Of a DNA stretch of 64,000 bases, positions 10,967 through 21,158 are shown piece after piece. This stretch comes from a virus (lineage: Duplodnaviria; Caudoviricetes), in IMG/VR virus record IMGVR_UViG_3300031963_009887, positions 24,080-88,079 of that record; one strand, 5' to 3'. Made by a program: the position numbers and the translations under genes. How positions within the stretch are numbered: position 1 is the first letter of the stretch; each line of letters begins with the position of its first letter. The notes below the pieces were generated by a model. The model was not told the origin of the DNA and ran no database searches. It was given only the letters and a program-made list of their open reading frames with translations.

Positions 10967-13732
10967 ATGGCACTAGTTAATAGGTATTTTTATCAATGTT
11001 GTAACCCTTTAGGGTCTGGTGCTCCAATTTATAGAACATTTGAAATTGACACTGCTGGTACGTGGACCGCAAATGTAAGCACCGTTATTTATACCGGTGA
11101 CGGTAGTTGTTATTACTACACAATTACTAATTCTTTAGACCCACCAGAACAATCATTTGCAACTGAACAATATAGTACTTGTCCGGCATGTGACGCTGCA
11201 AATCCAAATGGATGTTATTATACTTTTTCAGCTTGTTGTGATGGTAGTACCTTTAGTATTAGAAGGGGTGATTTCGCTTTTGAAAATACATATGGACCAT
11301 TAACCGTTGGTGAAATATGGAGATTTTCTATAACCACTGCCACAACGAGCCCTACAACATTTGCTTTTGTTGGGTGTGCATCTTATATTACAGGAGTCAC
11401 AGGTTCAACAATTTATGTTCAGACAGGTGAAACAACAATAAATGTTACAACACCTGGTACTTGGTCTGATTGTAATGATTGTTTAACAACATACCCTTGT
11501 TGTGTTTCAGGTACCGTTGATAATATACTTTGTTCGTATACTGATTGTTGTGGAACATTTGTGAGCGGTGGTAGTATTAATGATGTTGTATGTTTTAACC
11601 CTAATTTACCACACAGAGGTTTAGTAAGTTCGTATACCGATGCTTGTTCACAAGTTTGCCCAACACCTACACCTACGCCTACAAATACCGTAACACCAAC
11701 TAATACGGTTACACCAACGGTAACTCCTACAAAAACAGTCACACCAACAGTAACACCAACAGTAACACCAACCAATACGGTTACACCAACTAAAACCGTT
11801 ACACCAACCAATACGGTTACACCAACCAATACGGTTACACCAACTTTAACACCTTCTAATACTCCCACTCCTTCAGTAACAGCTGGTCCTACGGATTATC
11901 AATTTAGGGCATGTTGTTCACCAAACGAAATTTTTGTTGTCGATGATTATGTTGGAACCATAAATGTTGGTCAGGTGTATTATATAACAGGAACTGGTTT
12001 TACAGGCTGTGCTGAAGTAATACCAATGACTGGTTTTGGTGAAAGATATGTTATTAGTGGTCTGACAGGACCATACGATAATTGTTCGGTTTGTACTGAC
12101 GATTATAGTTGTTGTGGACCGGGAAGTAACTGTATTGAATATCAAATTAATAATACTCAGGAGTTCCCATCAACAGTAACATATGTAGATTGTAATGGTG
12201 ATAATCAAAATTTGATTGTACCTGAACTATCTGAATTAAATATTTGTGCATGTGAATATAGTGTGATTGTACCTGAGGGTGTATTTGTTACAGTAATTGG
12301 GGACTGTAATCAAACAACACCAACACCAACTGTTACACCAACCCAAACGCCGACACCATCTGTTACACCTGTTTACAGTCCTTGTAATACTGAATTTTGT
12401 TTATATACAAACTTTTCAGGTACATCAATGTATGATGGAAATTATACATCGGGTGGAACTTATAATGGAAGACCATATTGGACAGGTTCCACATCAGGTA
12501 CTGTTTTTTATGATGGAACAAAATGGTGTTTATCCGATACTTTAGGTGGTGATTGTATATTGGCGGGTAAAACCCCATGTTTTTCAAATTGTCCTGATTT
12601 GGATGAATTGATATGGTCAGAAGGACCGTGTCCAACACCAACCCCCACACCAACACCAAACGTCTGTATTACGGTTGATTTTCAAGCGTTGTTTGATTGT
12701 GACTATGTGCCCGAACCAACTGAGACTTGTCCGACACCAACACCGACAATTAGTTTAACACCGAGTCCAAATCCTTGTCTTTTGGTAGATGCCGATGTTA
12801 CAGTTGAAGATATAACTCCAACCCCCACACCAACTCCAACAGTCACTCCGACACCAAGTTTACAAAGAAATGTACCAGTATCAGGTTCAACAACTTATAT
12901 CATAAATGATACTGAATTCGAGTGTGTGTTTGTACGTAGAATTCAAGATTGTTCTGATGATGAAATTTATTATATCAATGAGTCTATGAGAACATCAGGT
13001 GGTACTATTGTAACAACAGGTCAAACCTTCAGTGCTGATGTATCAGGAACAACTAAGTGTTATACTTATTTGGATATTGTTTATGACCAAAGTCCAACTT
13101 TAACTATCAATACTATTATTGCATCATTCAGTGGATGTTCAAGTTGTGAGAACTCTTTAATACCAACACCTACTCCAACTAGTACTGTAACACCAACGGT
13201 AACTCCAACAACAACAGTAACACCAACTAATACAATTACACCAACATCAACACCAACTAGTTCTGTTACTCCGACAATAACACCAACTGTAACTAAGACT
13301 TCAACACCAACATATACACCTAATGCGTCACCGTCAAAGACACCTACACAAACTAAGACACCTACATTAACTCCTACGCCAACTGTTACAGTAACTCCAT
13401 CGGTTACTATGACTAAGACACCAACTAACACACCTACTAAGACACCAACTAACACACCTACCTTAACTAAAACTCCAACTCCTACACCAACTAAGACACC
13501 TACTCAAACTCCTACAAAAACAACTTTACCTGATAAATTTATCGTAGAAAGTTGTTCTGAACCAGTTAGAAGTATTGCGGTTAACAACTTTGGTTTATTG
13601 AATGTAAGTGTCGGCGATTTTGTGAGATTGAATGGAACTGGATACTCAGGATGTTGGGAAGTTGTCGGAACTACACTGGGTGGAACTGCGACATCAATAG
13701 TTTCGGTACATAATGATTGTACATGTTCATAA
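10967..13732 (+). CDS. Cys-rich multidomain protein with long Thr/Pro (mucin-like) stalks, probable virion surface protein
   Basis: Repeated CC and CxxC modules separated by ([17 protein letters not shown])n tracts; preceded by TATTTAT 10952-10958. Confidence 0.75.
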   Translation: MALVNRYFYQCCNPLGSGAPIYRTFEIDTAGTWTANVSTVIYTGDGSCYYYTITNSLDPPEQSFATEQYSTCPACDAANPNGCYYTFSACCDGSTFSIRRGDFAFENTYGPLTVGEIWRFSITTATTSPTTFAFVGCASYITGVTGSTIYVQTGETTINVTTPGTWSDCNDCLTTYPCCVSGTVDNILCSYTDCCGTFVSGGSINDVVCFNPNLPHRGLVSSYTDACSQVCPTPTPTPTNTVTPTNTVTPTVTPTKTVTPTVTPTVTPTNTVTPTKTVTPTNTVTPTNTVTPTLTPSNTPTPSVTAGPTDYQFRACCSPNEIFVVDDYVGTINVGQVYYITGTGFTGCAEVIPMTGFGERYVISGLTGPYDNCSVCTDDYSCCGPGSNCIEYQINNTQEFPSTVTYVDCNGDNQNLIVPELSELNICACEYSVIVPEGVFVTVIGDCNQTTPTPTVTPTQTPTPSVTPVYSPCNTEFCLYTNFSGTSMYDGNYTSGGTYNGRPYWTGSTSGTVFYDGTKWCLSDTLGGDCILAGKTPCFSNCPDLDELIWSEGPCPTPTPTPTPNVCITVDFQALFDCDYVPEPTETCPTPTPTISLTPSPNPCLLVDADVTVEDITPTPTPTPTVTPTPSLQRNVPVSGSTTYIINDTEFECVFVRRIQDCSDDEIYYINESMRTSGGTIVTTGQTFSADVSGTTKCYTYLDIVYDQSPTLTINTIIASFSGCSSCENSLIPTPTPTSTVTPTVTPTTTVTPTNTITPTSTPTSSVTPTITPTVTKTSTPTYTPNASPSKTPTQTKTPTLTPTPTVTVTPSVTMTKTPTNTPTKTPTNTPTLTKTPTPTPTKTPTQTPTKTTLPDKFIVESCSEPVRSIAVNNFGLLNVSVGDFVRLNGTGYSGCWEVVGTTLGGTATSIVSVHNDCTCS
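11660..11885 (+). repeat. Imperfect 12/18-bp tandem repeats encoding TPT(N/V/K)TV
   Basis: Repeated accaa(c/t)taatacggttacacc-type units. Confidence 0.85.
13161..13530 (+). repeat. Imperfect tandem repeats encoding the C-terminal Thr/Pro stalk (TPTxT)
   Basis: Repeated acacc(a/t)ac(t/a)aa(c/g) units, e.g. gacaccaactaacacacctac twice. Confidence 0.8.
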
Positions 13733-13744
13733 TACTTAATTAAA

Positions 13745-13960
13745 ATGGGAAGACAGATTACAATAAACTCAATTACAGCAACACAAGGATATAATGTTTA
13801 TATCTGTGATACATCACTAATAACCTGTGTGTATTTGGCAACGATTAATGATGCTGATTTACCATTTAGTGTCAGTATACCAGCACCTTATGATACAATG
13901 GTTGATTTTAGTGTTAAAATTGTCGATGCCAATAATTGTGAAATAATTAAAAACTTCTGA
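13745..13960 (+). CDS. Small hypothetical beta-rich virion-associated protein
   Basis: 71-aa ORF translationally coupled to the next gene (tgatg). Confidence 0.6.
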   Translation: MGRQITINSITATQGYNVYICDTSLITCVYLATINDADLPFSVSIPAPYDTMVDFSVKIVDANNCEIIKNF

Positions 13961-15759
13961 TGTCAACTATACTATATAATGATTGCGGTGTTATAACAAT
14001 TCTACCTATGGGTGTAGAATGTTACTCAATTAATTCTTCAACACCTGACAGTAATGACGGTAGGATATATTTGACAATTACGGGAGGTTCAACACCATAT
14101 TCAATTACATGGAGTAATGGGTTAAAAGACCAAAACATCAAAAATTTAATACCTGGTGAATACGTTGCAACTGTGGTAGATTTCTATGGTGATTATAGTG
14201 CAACCACAACATGTTTAGTTGAATCGGATACTTTCTACATGGATTATTTTCAAAGTTGTAATAATTCTGATTATTTGTATTTAACAGGTTTAACATCATC
14301 AAACTTTGTTGAAGGTTTAATATATAAATTCACAACAGCTCAGGGATGTTGGACATACTCAGGACAAACTTTATCTAGTGGTCAAACAATTACAGGTGAC
14401 ACTTTAAGTTCAGGTCCATTTGACACTTGTGAAGAATGTGACCCACCGCCACCACCACTACCATTTTATCCAACTGACCTTTGTTTATATACGGATAGCA
14501 CACCATTCACAGCTTATCCATTTACATTCTATGATTTTGTGAATGAAAGACCGGCCTATACTGGCACATCGTCAGCAAGTTCTGCTTTTACTATATCATA
14601 TGTTTCTGCAACAACATTTAGTTATTGGACCGTATTAGGAAAAACAGGAAGTGTTTTGAAAAATTCATCGAACACCTTTAATCCTTTGGGCGGATGGGTT
14701 GAAGAAGGAACATTGAATACATGGACTGCGGTATCAGGTTCTTGTCCATCATCACCAGTTTTATCTTTTAACTTAACAACGACTAATGAATCTTGTGAAG
14801 GTTCTTGTAATGGTAGTGTAATAATAAAGGCTAAAGGAGGTACAGGTGGATATCAATATAAATTATTCAACGGTACCTACCAATCTTCACCACTTTTTAA
14901 TAATCTGTGTCCACAAAGTGATACTCAATTTTTTGTAAAGGACAGTTCAAATACAGAAGTTCAAGGTTCATTTACTATACTACCGGGAACTAAGAAAGTT
15001 ACATATACTTTGTCATTACAAACAAAGTCATCTACATCGAAAGAAGATTACGGAAACCAAGTAATTAAAAATTTGGATTACGAATTAAAAGTAAGTCCTC
15101 CGTTACCTGATGGTATTACAATTGATGTTCCATTATTTATATCTGTTAATAATACCACGGCTGAACCAGGTAGTGCCACTACGGCATATACACCTGTATT
15201 ATATTCAGGAACATCAACGGTATCACCAACATCAAACTCTTTGACTTCAACAAATATTATCGTTCCAAGTCCATACAGTTTTAGATATCCATATACAACA
15301 ACACAAAAAACTTTTAGTGTTTTATACCCAACAGTTACACTGAAAAAAGGGTTAACGGTATCAGGTACTGTTATTTCTACTGTTACAAAAATTAGCAGTG
15401 GAAGCTCAACACCTTGTTCACCATTTGAAATTGAAAATATTGGAAACACTGTTCAGTTTTACACATGGGTCAATTGTACAGGAGGAACGGAAAATGGATA
15501 TAACGTACAACCAGGTCAAAAAGTTAATATATGTGCTCGCGGAGTATCAACTCTTCCGCCAGGTGGTTTGAGTACTTTAGTAATAACCACAGGAACATTA
15601 CCTTGTTCATCAGCAATAGTCGATGCAAATCAAAATGTTACTGTTGGATTCAATGGTCCGTCAATCACTAATAATTGTACATTATTAAAAGTTTTAACAC
15701 CACAAACAAACCAATTAATAAACACATTGTATGAACAATACTACGGTCCAAGTCAATAA
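13960..15759 (+). CDS. SprB-repeat-containing Cys/Ser/Thr-rich protein, probable virion protein
   Basis: Two SprB-like units: NDGRIYLTITGGSTPYSITWSNG..NLIPGEYVATVVD and CNGSVIIKAKGGTGGYQYKL. Confidence 0.6.
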   Translation: MSTILYNDCGVITILPMGVECYSINSSTPDSNDGRIYLTITGGSTPYSITWSNGLKDQNIKNLIPGEYVATVVDFYGDYSATTTCLVESDTFYMDYFQSCNNSDYLYLTGLTSSNFVEGLIYKFTTAQGCWTYSGQTLSSGQTITGDTLSSGPFDTCEECDPPPPPLPFYPTDLCLYTDSTPFTAYPFTFYDFVNERPAYTGTSSASSAFTISYVSATTFSYWTVLGKTGSVLKNSSNTFNPLGGWVEEGTLNTWTAVSGSCPSSPVLSFNLTTTNESCEGSCNGSVIIKAKGGTGGYQYKLFNGTYQSSPLFNNLCPQSDTQFFVKDSSNTEVQGSFTILPGTKKVTYTLSLQTKSSTSKEDYGNQVIKNLDYELKVSPPLPDGITIDVPLFISVNNTTAEPGSATTAYTPVLYSGTSTVSPTSNSLTSTNIIVPSPYSFRYPYTTTQKTFSVLYPTVTLKKGLTVSGTVISTVTKISSGSSTPCSPFEIENIGNTVQFYTWVNCTGGTENGYNVQPGQKVNICARGVSTLPPGGLSTLVITTGTLPCSSAIVDANQNVTVGFNGPSITNNCTLLKVLTPQTNQLINTLYEQYYGPSQ

Positions 15760-15783
15760 ATCAACTAACTATATTTATATAAG

Positions 15784-17988
15784 ATGGCATTCATAATAAA
15801 AGATACAACAGCTCTAATAAACACCCAACTAACTGATGTTGGAAGAAGAAAAATTTCTCAAGGTAACTTTAATGTTGCTTATTTTCAGTTAGGAGATAGT
15901 GAGGTTTGTTATGATTGTATCAGCGGTGGTAATTTAACAACTTTACAAGTTTTAGTTCCTGAATTTAATTATCAGAATAACACAGGTGTACCACAAAGTA
16001 ATAAAATGGGTATTAAATATCCAATTTATTTGTCTAGTTCAACCGGTGAAACTAATACATTTGGTATACCTTTTCAAGATTCACAAGTAGTTCCAATTTT
16101 TAACACAGCTCAGCCAAGAGGATTTTTTACAGGTTCAACAGGAGCGTTTAGTGCTTTTACAAGTTCAGCACTTACCGTGACTGCAAATTATAAATTTAAT
16201 TTATCGGCATTAACAAGTGGGAATACATTTGATGTCACTGTCAACAACTGTGATGCTACTGTGACAGGAACACCTGAAGTTGGTCAGTTTGTTGTTTTAT
16301 ATTTAAATAATGATAATAACTGCGGTAATGATTTAACTTATCCATATCCTATTTTAACTTACAGAGTTGAAGATGTCGTTGGAAGTACAATAACTGTTGA
16401 TAGAATATTACCTGACTTTAGTTCATTTACAGGAACAGGAAGAGCGTTTTTCTACCCATCAGGTATGACACCATATTATGATAGTTATACACCAACACCA
16501 TACTATGATGGTGGTGTGTTTTCGTTTGAGTTGAATTGTGAAATTCAACAACAAGATGTCTTAGTTTGGAATATGAATCAGCCATGGACCGAATCACCAG
16601 CAGGTTTATCATATACTTTTTACAAAGATTTCAGTGAATTTGGTTCAACGGGTTATTCGTCGACAAAAGAATTCTTGGGATATCAAACCAAAGGTGGTCA
16701 AATTTTCGAAGACATAAATTATGTTTCAGGAACAACTGACACATTTTATTACAATTCATTTGATGAAAAAATATATGTTGAACCAGAGGAACAAAAAGTT
16801 ATTGGTTTGATACATTATACCAATCAGGGTATTGATAATTTTTATGGTGAGAAATTTGCAACAGAAGCATTTGACTTGGCAAATTCAGGTGCCACAGGAC
16901 AAGGAAGAAACTTTAAACTTGACTTACCAACTTTGATGTGGCATAAATCAAATACAGGTGTTATGGGTGAATCATTCTACGTTGACCCTGATGGTTTTGA
17001 TGGTTTAAATTTATTTCAACCACATTATATGTTATCAGAAGAAAATGATAATATGAATTATCCGGGTTTACGTTATTATCACTTATGGGATACTCACGCA
17101 AATGCTGATGGATATCCAAACAGAGTTGGTAAAGTATTTCCTGATTTGAAAATGATAGCAATTGATGATGAAGAATTATCAGCCGCCATGTCGTATAAAT
17201 CAAATAGAAACTATACATTACCCGCACCAAGATTAGGATTGGTGGTTCCAAACACGTTTAACCAAAACATCGCGGCAACAAGTGGTATATTAACAGGTGA
17301 TACTGAAACAATGTTTGTAACATACCGATTTGAAAACACTGGTTCTACAAATGGTTTACATTGTAACTATTACTCAAAAATTGCAGGTTCAACCGTAAGT
17401 GGTCAAACAGATGATGTAATTGTGAGATTTGGTAATGAATTCCCATTCTTAATTGAGGACATGGGTTTACAACCTTCAGGATTTACATGTACTAATGTTA
17501 AGTTAATTTGTCAAATTGTACCAACGGGTGAAAGACCTGATTCGATGCAGTGGAGAGAAATTGATGTTACATCTGCAATTACAGCAAACACTGGCTCTAT
17601 CAATATTGGACCACTCGAAATAAGCGGAACAACATTTCAAATAACAAAAGACGAATACGATAACGCGAGTTTTTATAGATTAGAAAATTACATTGAATTA
17701 CCATTGATTAACTATAATACTGGTATGACGTTTGGTGATGAATATTTCTTTTATGGAACAGTTCATTCTGATGTACAAGCAACAATATATGAAATGAGAT
17801 ATTTGGTTAACCTTGCTGATTCACAATATATTCGTTCATCAAATCCAAAATGGTCGTTAGGTAAAGATGTGTATTTCACTGAAGTAGGATTATATAACTC
17901 TGACCAAGATTTATTAATGATGTCAAAATTACAGAATCCCGAAAAAAGACAAGGGGTACAACAGATTACCGTAAAATACGATTTTTAA
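15784..17988 (+). CDS. Large virion structural protein (tail/baseplate-associated)
   Basis: N-term INTQLTDVGRRKISQG..YFQLGDSE; C-term FTEVGLYNSDQDLLMMSKL; TATTTAT 15772-15778 upstream. Confidence 0.6.
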   Translation: MAFIIKDTTALINTQLTDVGRRKISQGNFNVAYFQLGDSEVCYDCISGGNLTTLQVLVPEFNYQNNTGVPQSNKMGIKYPIYLSSSTGETNTFGIPFQDSQVVPIFNTAQPRGFFTGSTGAFSAFTSSALTVTANYKFNLSALTSGNTFDVTVNNCDATVTGTPEVGQFVVLYLNNDNNCGNDLTYPYPILTYRVEDVVGSTITVDRILPDFSSFTGTGRAFFYPSGMTPYYDSYTPTPYYDGGVFSFELNCEIQQQDVLVWNMNQPWTESPAGLSYTFYKDFSEFGSTGYSSTKEFLGYQTKGGQIFEDINYVSGTTDTFYYNSFDEKIYVEPEEQKVIGLIHYTNQGIDNFYGEKFATEAFDLANSGATGQGRNFKLDLPTLMWHKSNTGVMGESFYVDPDGFDGLNLFQPHYMLSEENDNMNYPGLRYYHLWDTHANADGYPNRVGKVFPDLKMIAIDDEELSAAMSYKSNRNYTLPAPRLGLVVPNTFNQNIAATSGILTGDTETMFVTYRFENTGSTNGLHCNYYSKIAGSTVSGQTDDVIVRFGNEFPFLIEDMGLQPSGFTCTNVKLICQIVPTGERPDSMQWREIDVTSAITANTGSINIGPLEISGTTFQITKDEYDNASFYRLENYIELPLINYNTGMTFGDEYFFYGTVHSDVQATIYEMRYLVNLADSQYIRSSNPKWSLGKDVYFTEVGLYNSDQDLLMMSKLQNPEKRQGVQQITVKYDF

Positions 17989-17996
17989 AAAAAAAG

Positions 17997-18027
17997 TTTG
18001 TATTTATCAAAATATTCACTATCTTTG
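17997..18027 (+). promoter_or_regulatory. Bacteroidota sigma-A-type promoter (TTTG-N19-TATCTTTG) with TATTTAT (18001-18007) in the spacer
   Basis: Matches the known Bacteroidota -33 TTTG / -7 TAnnTTTG consensus. Confidence 0.75.
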
Positions 18028-18031
18028 TATA

Positions 18032-18215
18032 GTGAAGTCTGAAGGTTCTGAAGACTTAAATCAAAAGAACCTGATTGGAAAGGTTGAAGGTAACCCTCCC
18101 AATGAACCCGAAACAAAACCTTCTGAGCAAGTCCACCGCTAACTAGAACATTGTGGACAAGAGGTGGAGCCAAGTCTCACGACTTCTAAAAGAGGACCCA
18201 AAAGGTCCTCTTTTT
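18032..18215 (+). ncRNA. Putative structured small RNA of about 185 nt, family unassigned
   Basis: Own promoter and terminator, no credible ORF, more GC-rich than flanks; stems GAAGTC/GACTTC (18034/18181), AGGTTCT/AGAACCT (18043/18066), GTCCAC/GTGGAC, ATTGG..GGTT/AACC..CCAAT. Confidence 0.65.
18188..18215 (+). terminator. Intrinsic terminator
   Basis: aaaagaggacc-caaaa-ggtcctctttt followed by a T run. Confidence 0.85.
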
Positions 18216-18237
18216 AATTTATGAGTATTTATAACTA

Positions 18238-18762
18238 ATGAAACTACTTGGGATTCTTAACATATTGGTTGAAGAACAAATTGATAATCCAATTGTTGAT
18301 GTTACCTTAAATGATTATAAAATAAGGTTTATATTAAGTACTCATGCTCAAGAAAGAATGACAAGAAAAGAAAATGATTCAGATATAACAATTGATGAAA
18401 TCAAGTCGGCAATTAAAGACGCAATCCCAAAGATTACAAACAAAGCGTTTATTGTACAAAAAAGGGCAATACAAGGTCCAGTAATCGACGGAACCTTATT
18501 AAAAAAAGATTTTAGCTCAGGTCAAACTAGAAAAGAAAATTCACAAGAATTTTTTATTGTAAAAACAGATTCAGGATTACAAATTAGCTGTAAGGTGTTA
18601 AACTTTAATAAAAACAGAGGTGAAATTGAAATTATAATTAAAACATTAATGAAGAGTAACACAAATAAGTTAAACATTGATAACCCCCGTAGAAACACTT
18701 TACACTTGAATATTATTGAAAATATGGATGAGTTTGACAACTACTTCACAATCACAGTTTAA
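18238..18762 (+). CDS. Hypothetical protein with an S-T-H-A-x-E-R-M motif (RelE/DUF4258-like fold possible)
   Basis: FILSTHAQERMTRK..DITIDEIKSAI; TATTTAT 5 nt upstream; leader MKLLGILNILVEE. Confidence 0.5.
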   Translation: MKLLGILNILVEEQIDNPIVDVTLNDYKIRFILSTHAQERMTRKENDSDITIDEIKSAIKDAIPKITNKAFIVQKRAIQGPVIDGTLLKKDFSSGQTRKENSQEFFIVKTDSGLQISCKVLNFNKNRGEIEIIIKTLMKSNTNKLNIDNPRRNTLHLNIIENMDEFDNYFTITV

Positions 18763-18808
18763 TATTTTCTTTACTTAAAGAAAAGTATCGGTAAATTACT
18801 GATAATAT

Positions 18809-19414
18809 ATGGCAAAAAAACAAGATTTAAAAAATTCACCTAAAGTTTTGGGTTTGGACATTAGTACCAAAACAATTGGTTGGGCTTTGTTTGATATTCA
18901 ATCTGAGAAGTTATTAGAATTAACTCACTTCTCACCTGTGATTAAACCACAACCTGAAGAAAAAATTGAGGAGTTAATTCTAAAGGTAAATTCTTTTATT
19001 AAAAAGATTGAGGATTATAAAAATCTTGGTATTACCAAAGTCGTTATTGAGGAACCATTATTAGGTTCAAATAACATTCACACAGTTGGAACATTAATGA
19101 GATATAATGCAATGATTACAAAAGCAATCTATGATGCATTAGGAATCGTGCCAAACTATATTTCAACTTACAACTCAAGAAAATTTGCTTGGCAAAATTT
19201 GATGGGTAAAAATGATAAAAATCGTGAAGTCTTGTTTGGTGGTTATCCAAAAGACGTAGACAAAAAACAAGTGATTTGGGATATGGTGGCAAAAGAAGAA
19301 CCACAGATTACTTGGTTATATACAAAGAACATGACTCTTAAAAAAGAGTGTTACGACCAAGCGGATGCATATACCTGTGTCAGAGGGTATATGAAAATGA
19401 ATAAGTTTTGGTAA
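18809..19414 (+). CDS. RuvC-like Holliday junction resolvase
   Basis: VLGLDISTKTIGW, VVIEE, YDQADA: RNase-H-fold catalytic residues. Confidence 0.8.
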   Translation: MAKKQDLKNSPKVLGLDISTKTIGWALFDIQSEKLLELTHFSPVIKPQPEEKIEELILKVNSFIKKIEDYKNLGITKVVIEEPLLGSNNIHTVGTLMRYNAMITKAIYDALGIVPNYISTYNSRKFAWQNLMGKNDKNREVLFGGYPKDVDKKQVIWDMVAKEEPQITWLYTKNMTLKKECYDQADAYTCVRGYMKMNKFW

Positions 19415-19449
19415 TTTGATTCTTACTAATTTTTTATTATCTTTCTAAT

Positions 19450-20373
19450 ATGGAAGATAATGCTCTATTAGTTGAGTTACTTGACGGTGTGTTTGGTAAA
19501 CACAAACTACACTACCCGTCTAAAGGACAGATAAGTTATGACTGTCCTATTTGTTCCTATGATTTAAAAGCATTAGACAAAGGTGATGGAAAGGGAAACC
19601 TTGAAATCAACTACGCTCAACACGTATTCAAATGTTGGGTGTGTGGTGAAACTCATAATACCAAAGGACACTTAGGTTATTTGATTGACCGATTTGGTAA
19701 GAAAAAAGATAAGGAAATGTATGACCTTATTCGTCCTGATGAGTTTAAACCAATTGATAAGAGATACGAAAAACTTAGACTACCAAAAGAATATCAACTT
19801 TGTACAGAAGGTAACCAATATCACATTCCTTTTAGGGAAATGAGGAACTACATTAAACGAAGGGGTATAACCGATGAGATGGTCTTAAAACACCGAATTG
19901 GGTATTGTACGGAAGGTGAATACGCTTACAGAATCATTGTACCATCATTTGACTTGGAAGGTGAGTTAAATTATTTTGTTGGTCGTTCATGGAACCCAAA
20001 CAGTAAGTCAAAATACAAGAATCCTGAAGCTGAAAAACAAATTATCATATTCAATGAAAATCTAATTGATTGGGATAAAGACATATACCTTTGTGAAGGT
20101 CCGTTTGATGCATTGTTCTTAGATAACTCAATTCCTTTGTTAGGTAAGAAAATGTCAGATTTATTATTTGAAACCTTATATGAAAAGGCAAAAGGTAAAA
20201 TTACTATTGTATTAGATGGTGACGCATGGGAAGACGCTAAAAGATTATATTTTAGATTGAGTGGTGGTAAGTTATATGGTAAAATAAAAGTGGTTAAACT
20301 CCCGATTGAAAGTGATATTGCTGACATGAGAGGTGTGATACCTGAAGATAGTTATATTGAATTAGAAAGATAA
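19450..20373 (+). CDS. DNA primase (zinc finger plus TOPRIM)
   Basis: CPIC...CWVCG zinc finger, RIIVP, YFVGR, KYKNP, CEGPFDA, LDGDA. Confidence 0.85.
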   Translation: MEDNALLVELLDGVFGKHKLHYPSKGQISYDCPICSYDLKALDKGDGKGNLEINYAQHVFKCWVCGETHNTKGHLGYLIDRFGKKKDKEMYDLIRPDEFKPIDKRYEKLRLPKEYQLCTEGNQYHIPFREMRNYIKRRGITDEMVLKHRIGYCTEGEYAYRIIVPSFDLEGELNYFVGRSWNPNSKSKYKNPEAEKQIIIFNENLIDWDKDIYLCEGPFDALFLDNSIPLLGKKMSDLLFETLYEKAKGKITIVLDGDAWEDAKRLYFRLSGGKLYGKIKVVKLPIESDIADMRGVIPEDSYIELER

Positions 20374-21158
20374 TGGATACAATTTTAGAATTAGCAAAAT
20401 TTAATGATGTAAAATATTTTGATGGTCCACACAAATATTATGTGGGTAATAAAGAATATGTTTCAGCAACAACTTTTATCAAGAAGTTTAAAAAAGAATT
20501 TGAAACCCAAAGGTTAGCTGAAACCTATGCCGCAAAAAGAGGATTAACTGTTGAGAGTGTATTAGGTGATTGGGATTTAAAGAGAGACATTTCAACAGTC
20601 AAAGGAACATTAGTTCACAACATGGCTGAAAACTGGTGGAACAACAAATCATTTCCGTATGACCCGTCAGATGCTGTTAAAACTTTTGGACATGATATTA
20701 TTGAAGAAAGATATAAAAAATGTGAAACAATGTTTCACCAATTTTATCAAGACGCAAAGAAAAACTTGATTCCTGTTAAAATGGAATTGGTAGTTTGTGA
20801 CCACGATTATGAAATTGCAGGAATGGTAGACTGTTTATTTTACAATATGAAATCACAAATGCTCGAAATATGGGATTACAAGACCAACAAAGAAATTAAA
20901 ATGAGTAATTCATATGGTAACAAATATCTAAAACCAATATCACATTTAGATGAATGTGAAATGAATACATACTCACTTCAATTAGGGTTATATAAACATA
21001 TTATTGAAAAGAATACCAATCTTAAGATAGGGGATAGCTATTTGATATGGATAAATGAAAACAGTGATAATTATAAGGTATACAAATGTAAGGACTTACA
21101 GGCGGAACTTAAACTTATGATTGAACACTATGAAAATACAAAGAACAAGAAAGGGTAA
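20373..21158 (+). CDS. PD-(D/E)xK family exonuclease
   Basis: KGTLVH, AGMVDCL, IWDYKT, YSLQLGLY. Confidence 0.8.
   Translation: MDTILELAKFNDVKYFDGPHKYYVGNKEYVSATTFIKKFKKEFETQRLAETYAAKRGLTVESVLGDWDLKRDISTVKGTLVHNMAENWWNNKSFPYDPSDAVKTFGHDIIEERYKKCETMFHQFYQDAKKNLIPVKMELVVCDHDYEIAGMVDCLFYNMKSQMLEIWDYKTNKEIKMSNSYGNKYLKPISHLDECEMNTYSLQLGLYKHIIEKNTNLKIGDSYLIWINENSDNYKVYKCKDLQAELKLMIEHYENTKNKKG

Noticed and set aside
11419-11868. 149-aa minus-strand Val/Gly/Thr ORF (and the similar 13081-13455 ORF)
   Set aside because: Antisense shadows of the Thr/Pro repeat tracts, which lack stop codons on the reverse strand
18046-18115. CTGAAGA ... GAAA as a hammerhead ribozyme core
   Set aside because: The required stem II between CUGANGA and GAAA cannot be formed with either downstream GAAA
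17985-18173. 62-aa minus-strand ORF across the small RNA
   Set aside because: No recognisable protein features; promoter and terminator orientation support a plus-strand RNA
20373-21158. Cas4 / CRISPR adaptation gene
   Set aside because: PD-(D/E)xK motifs are present but the four-Cys Fe-S pattern and cas neighbours are not; it lies in a replication block
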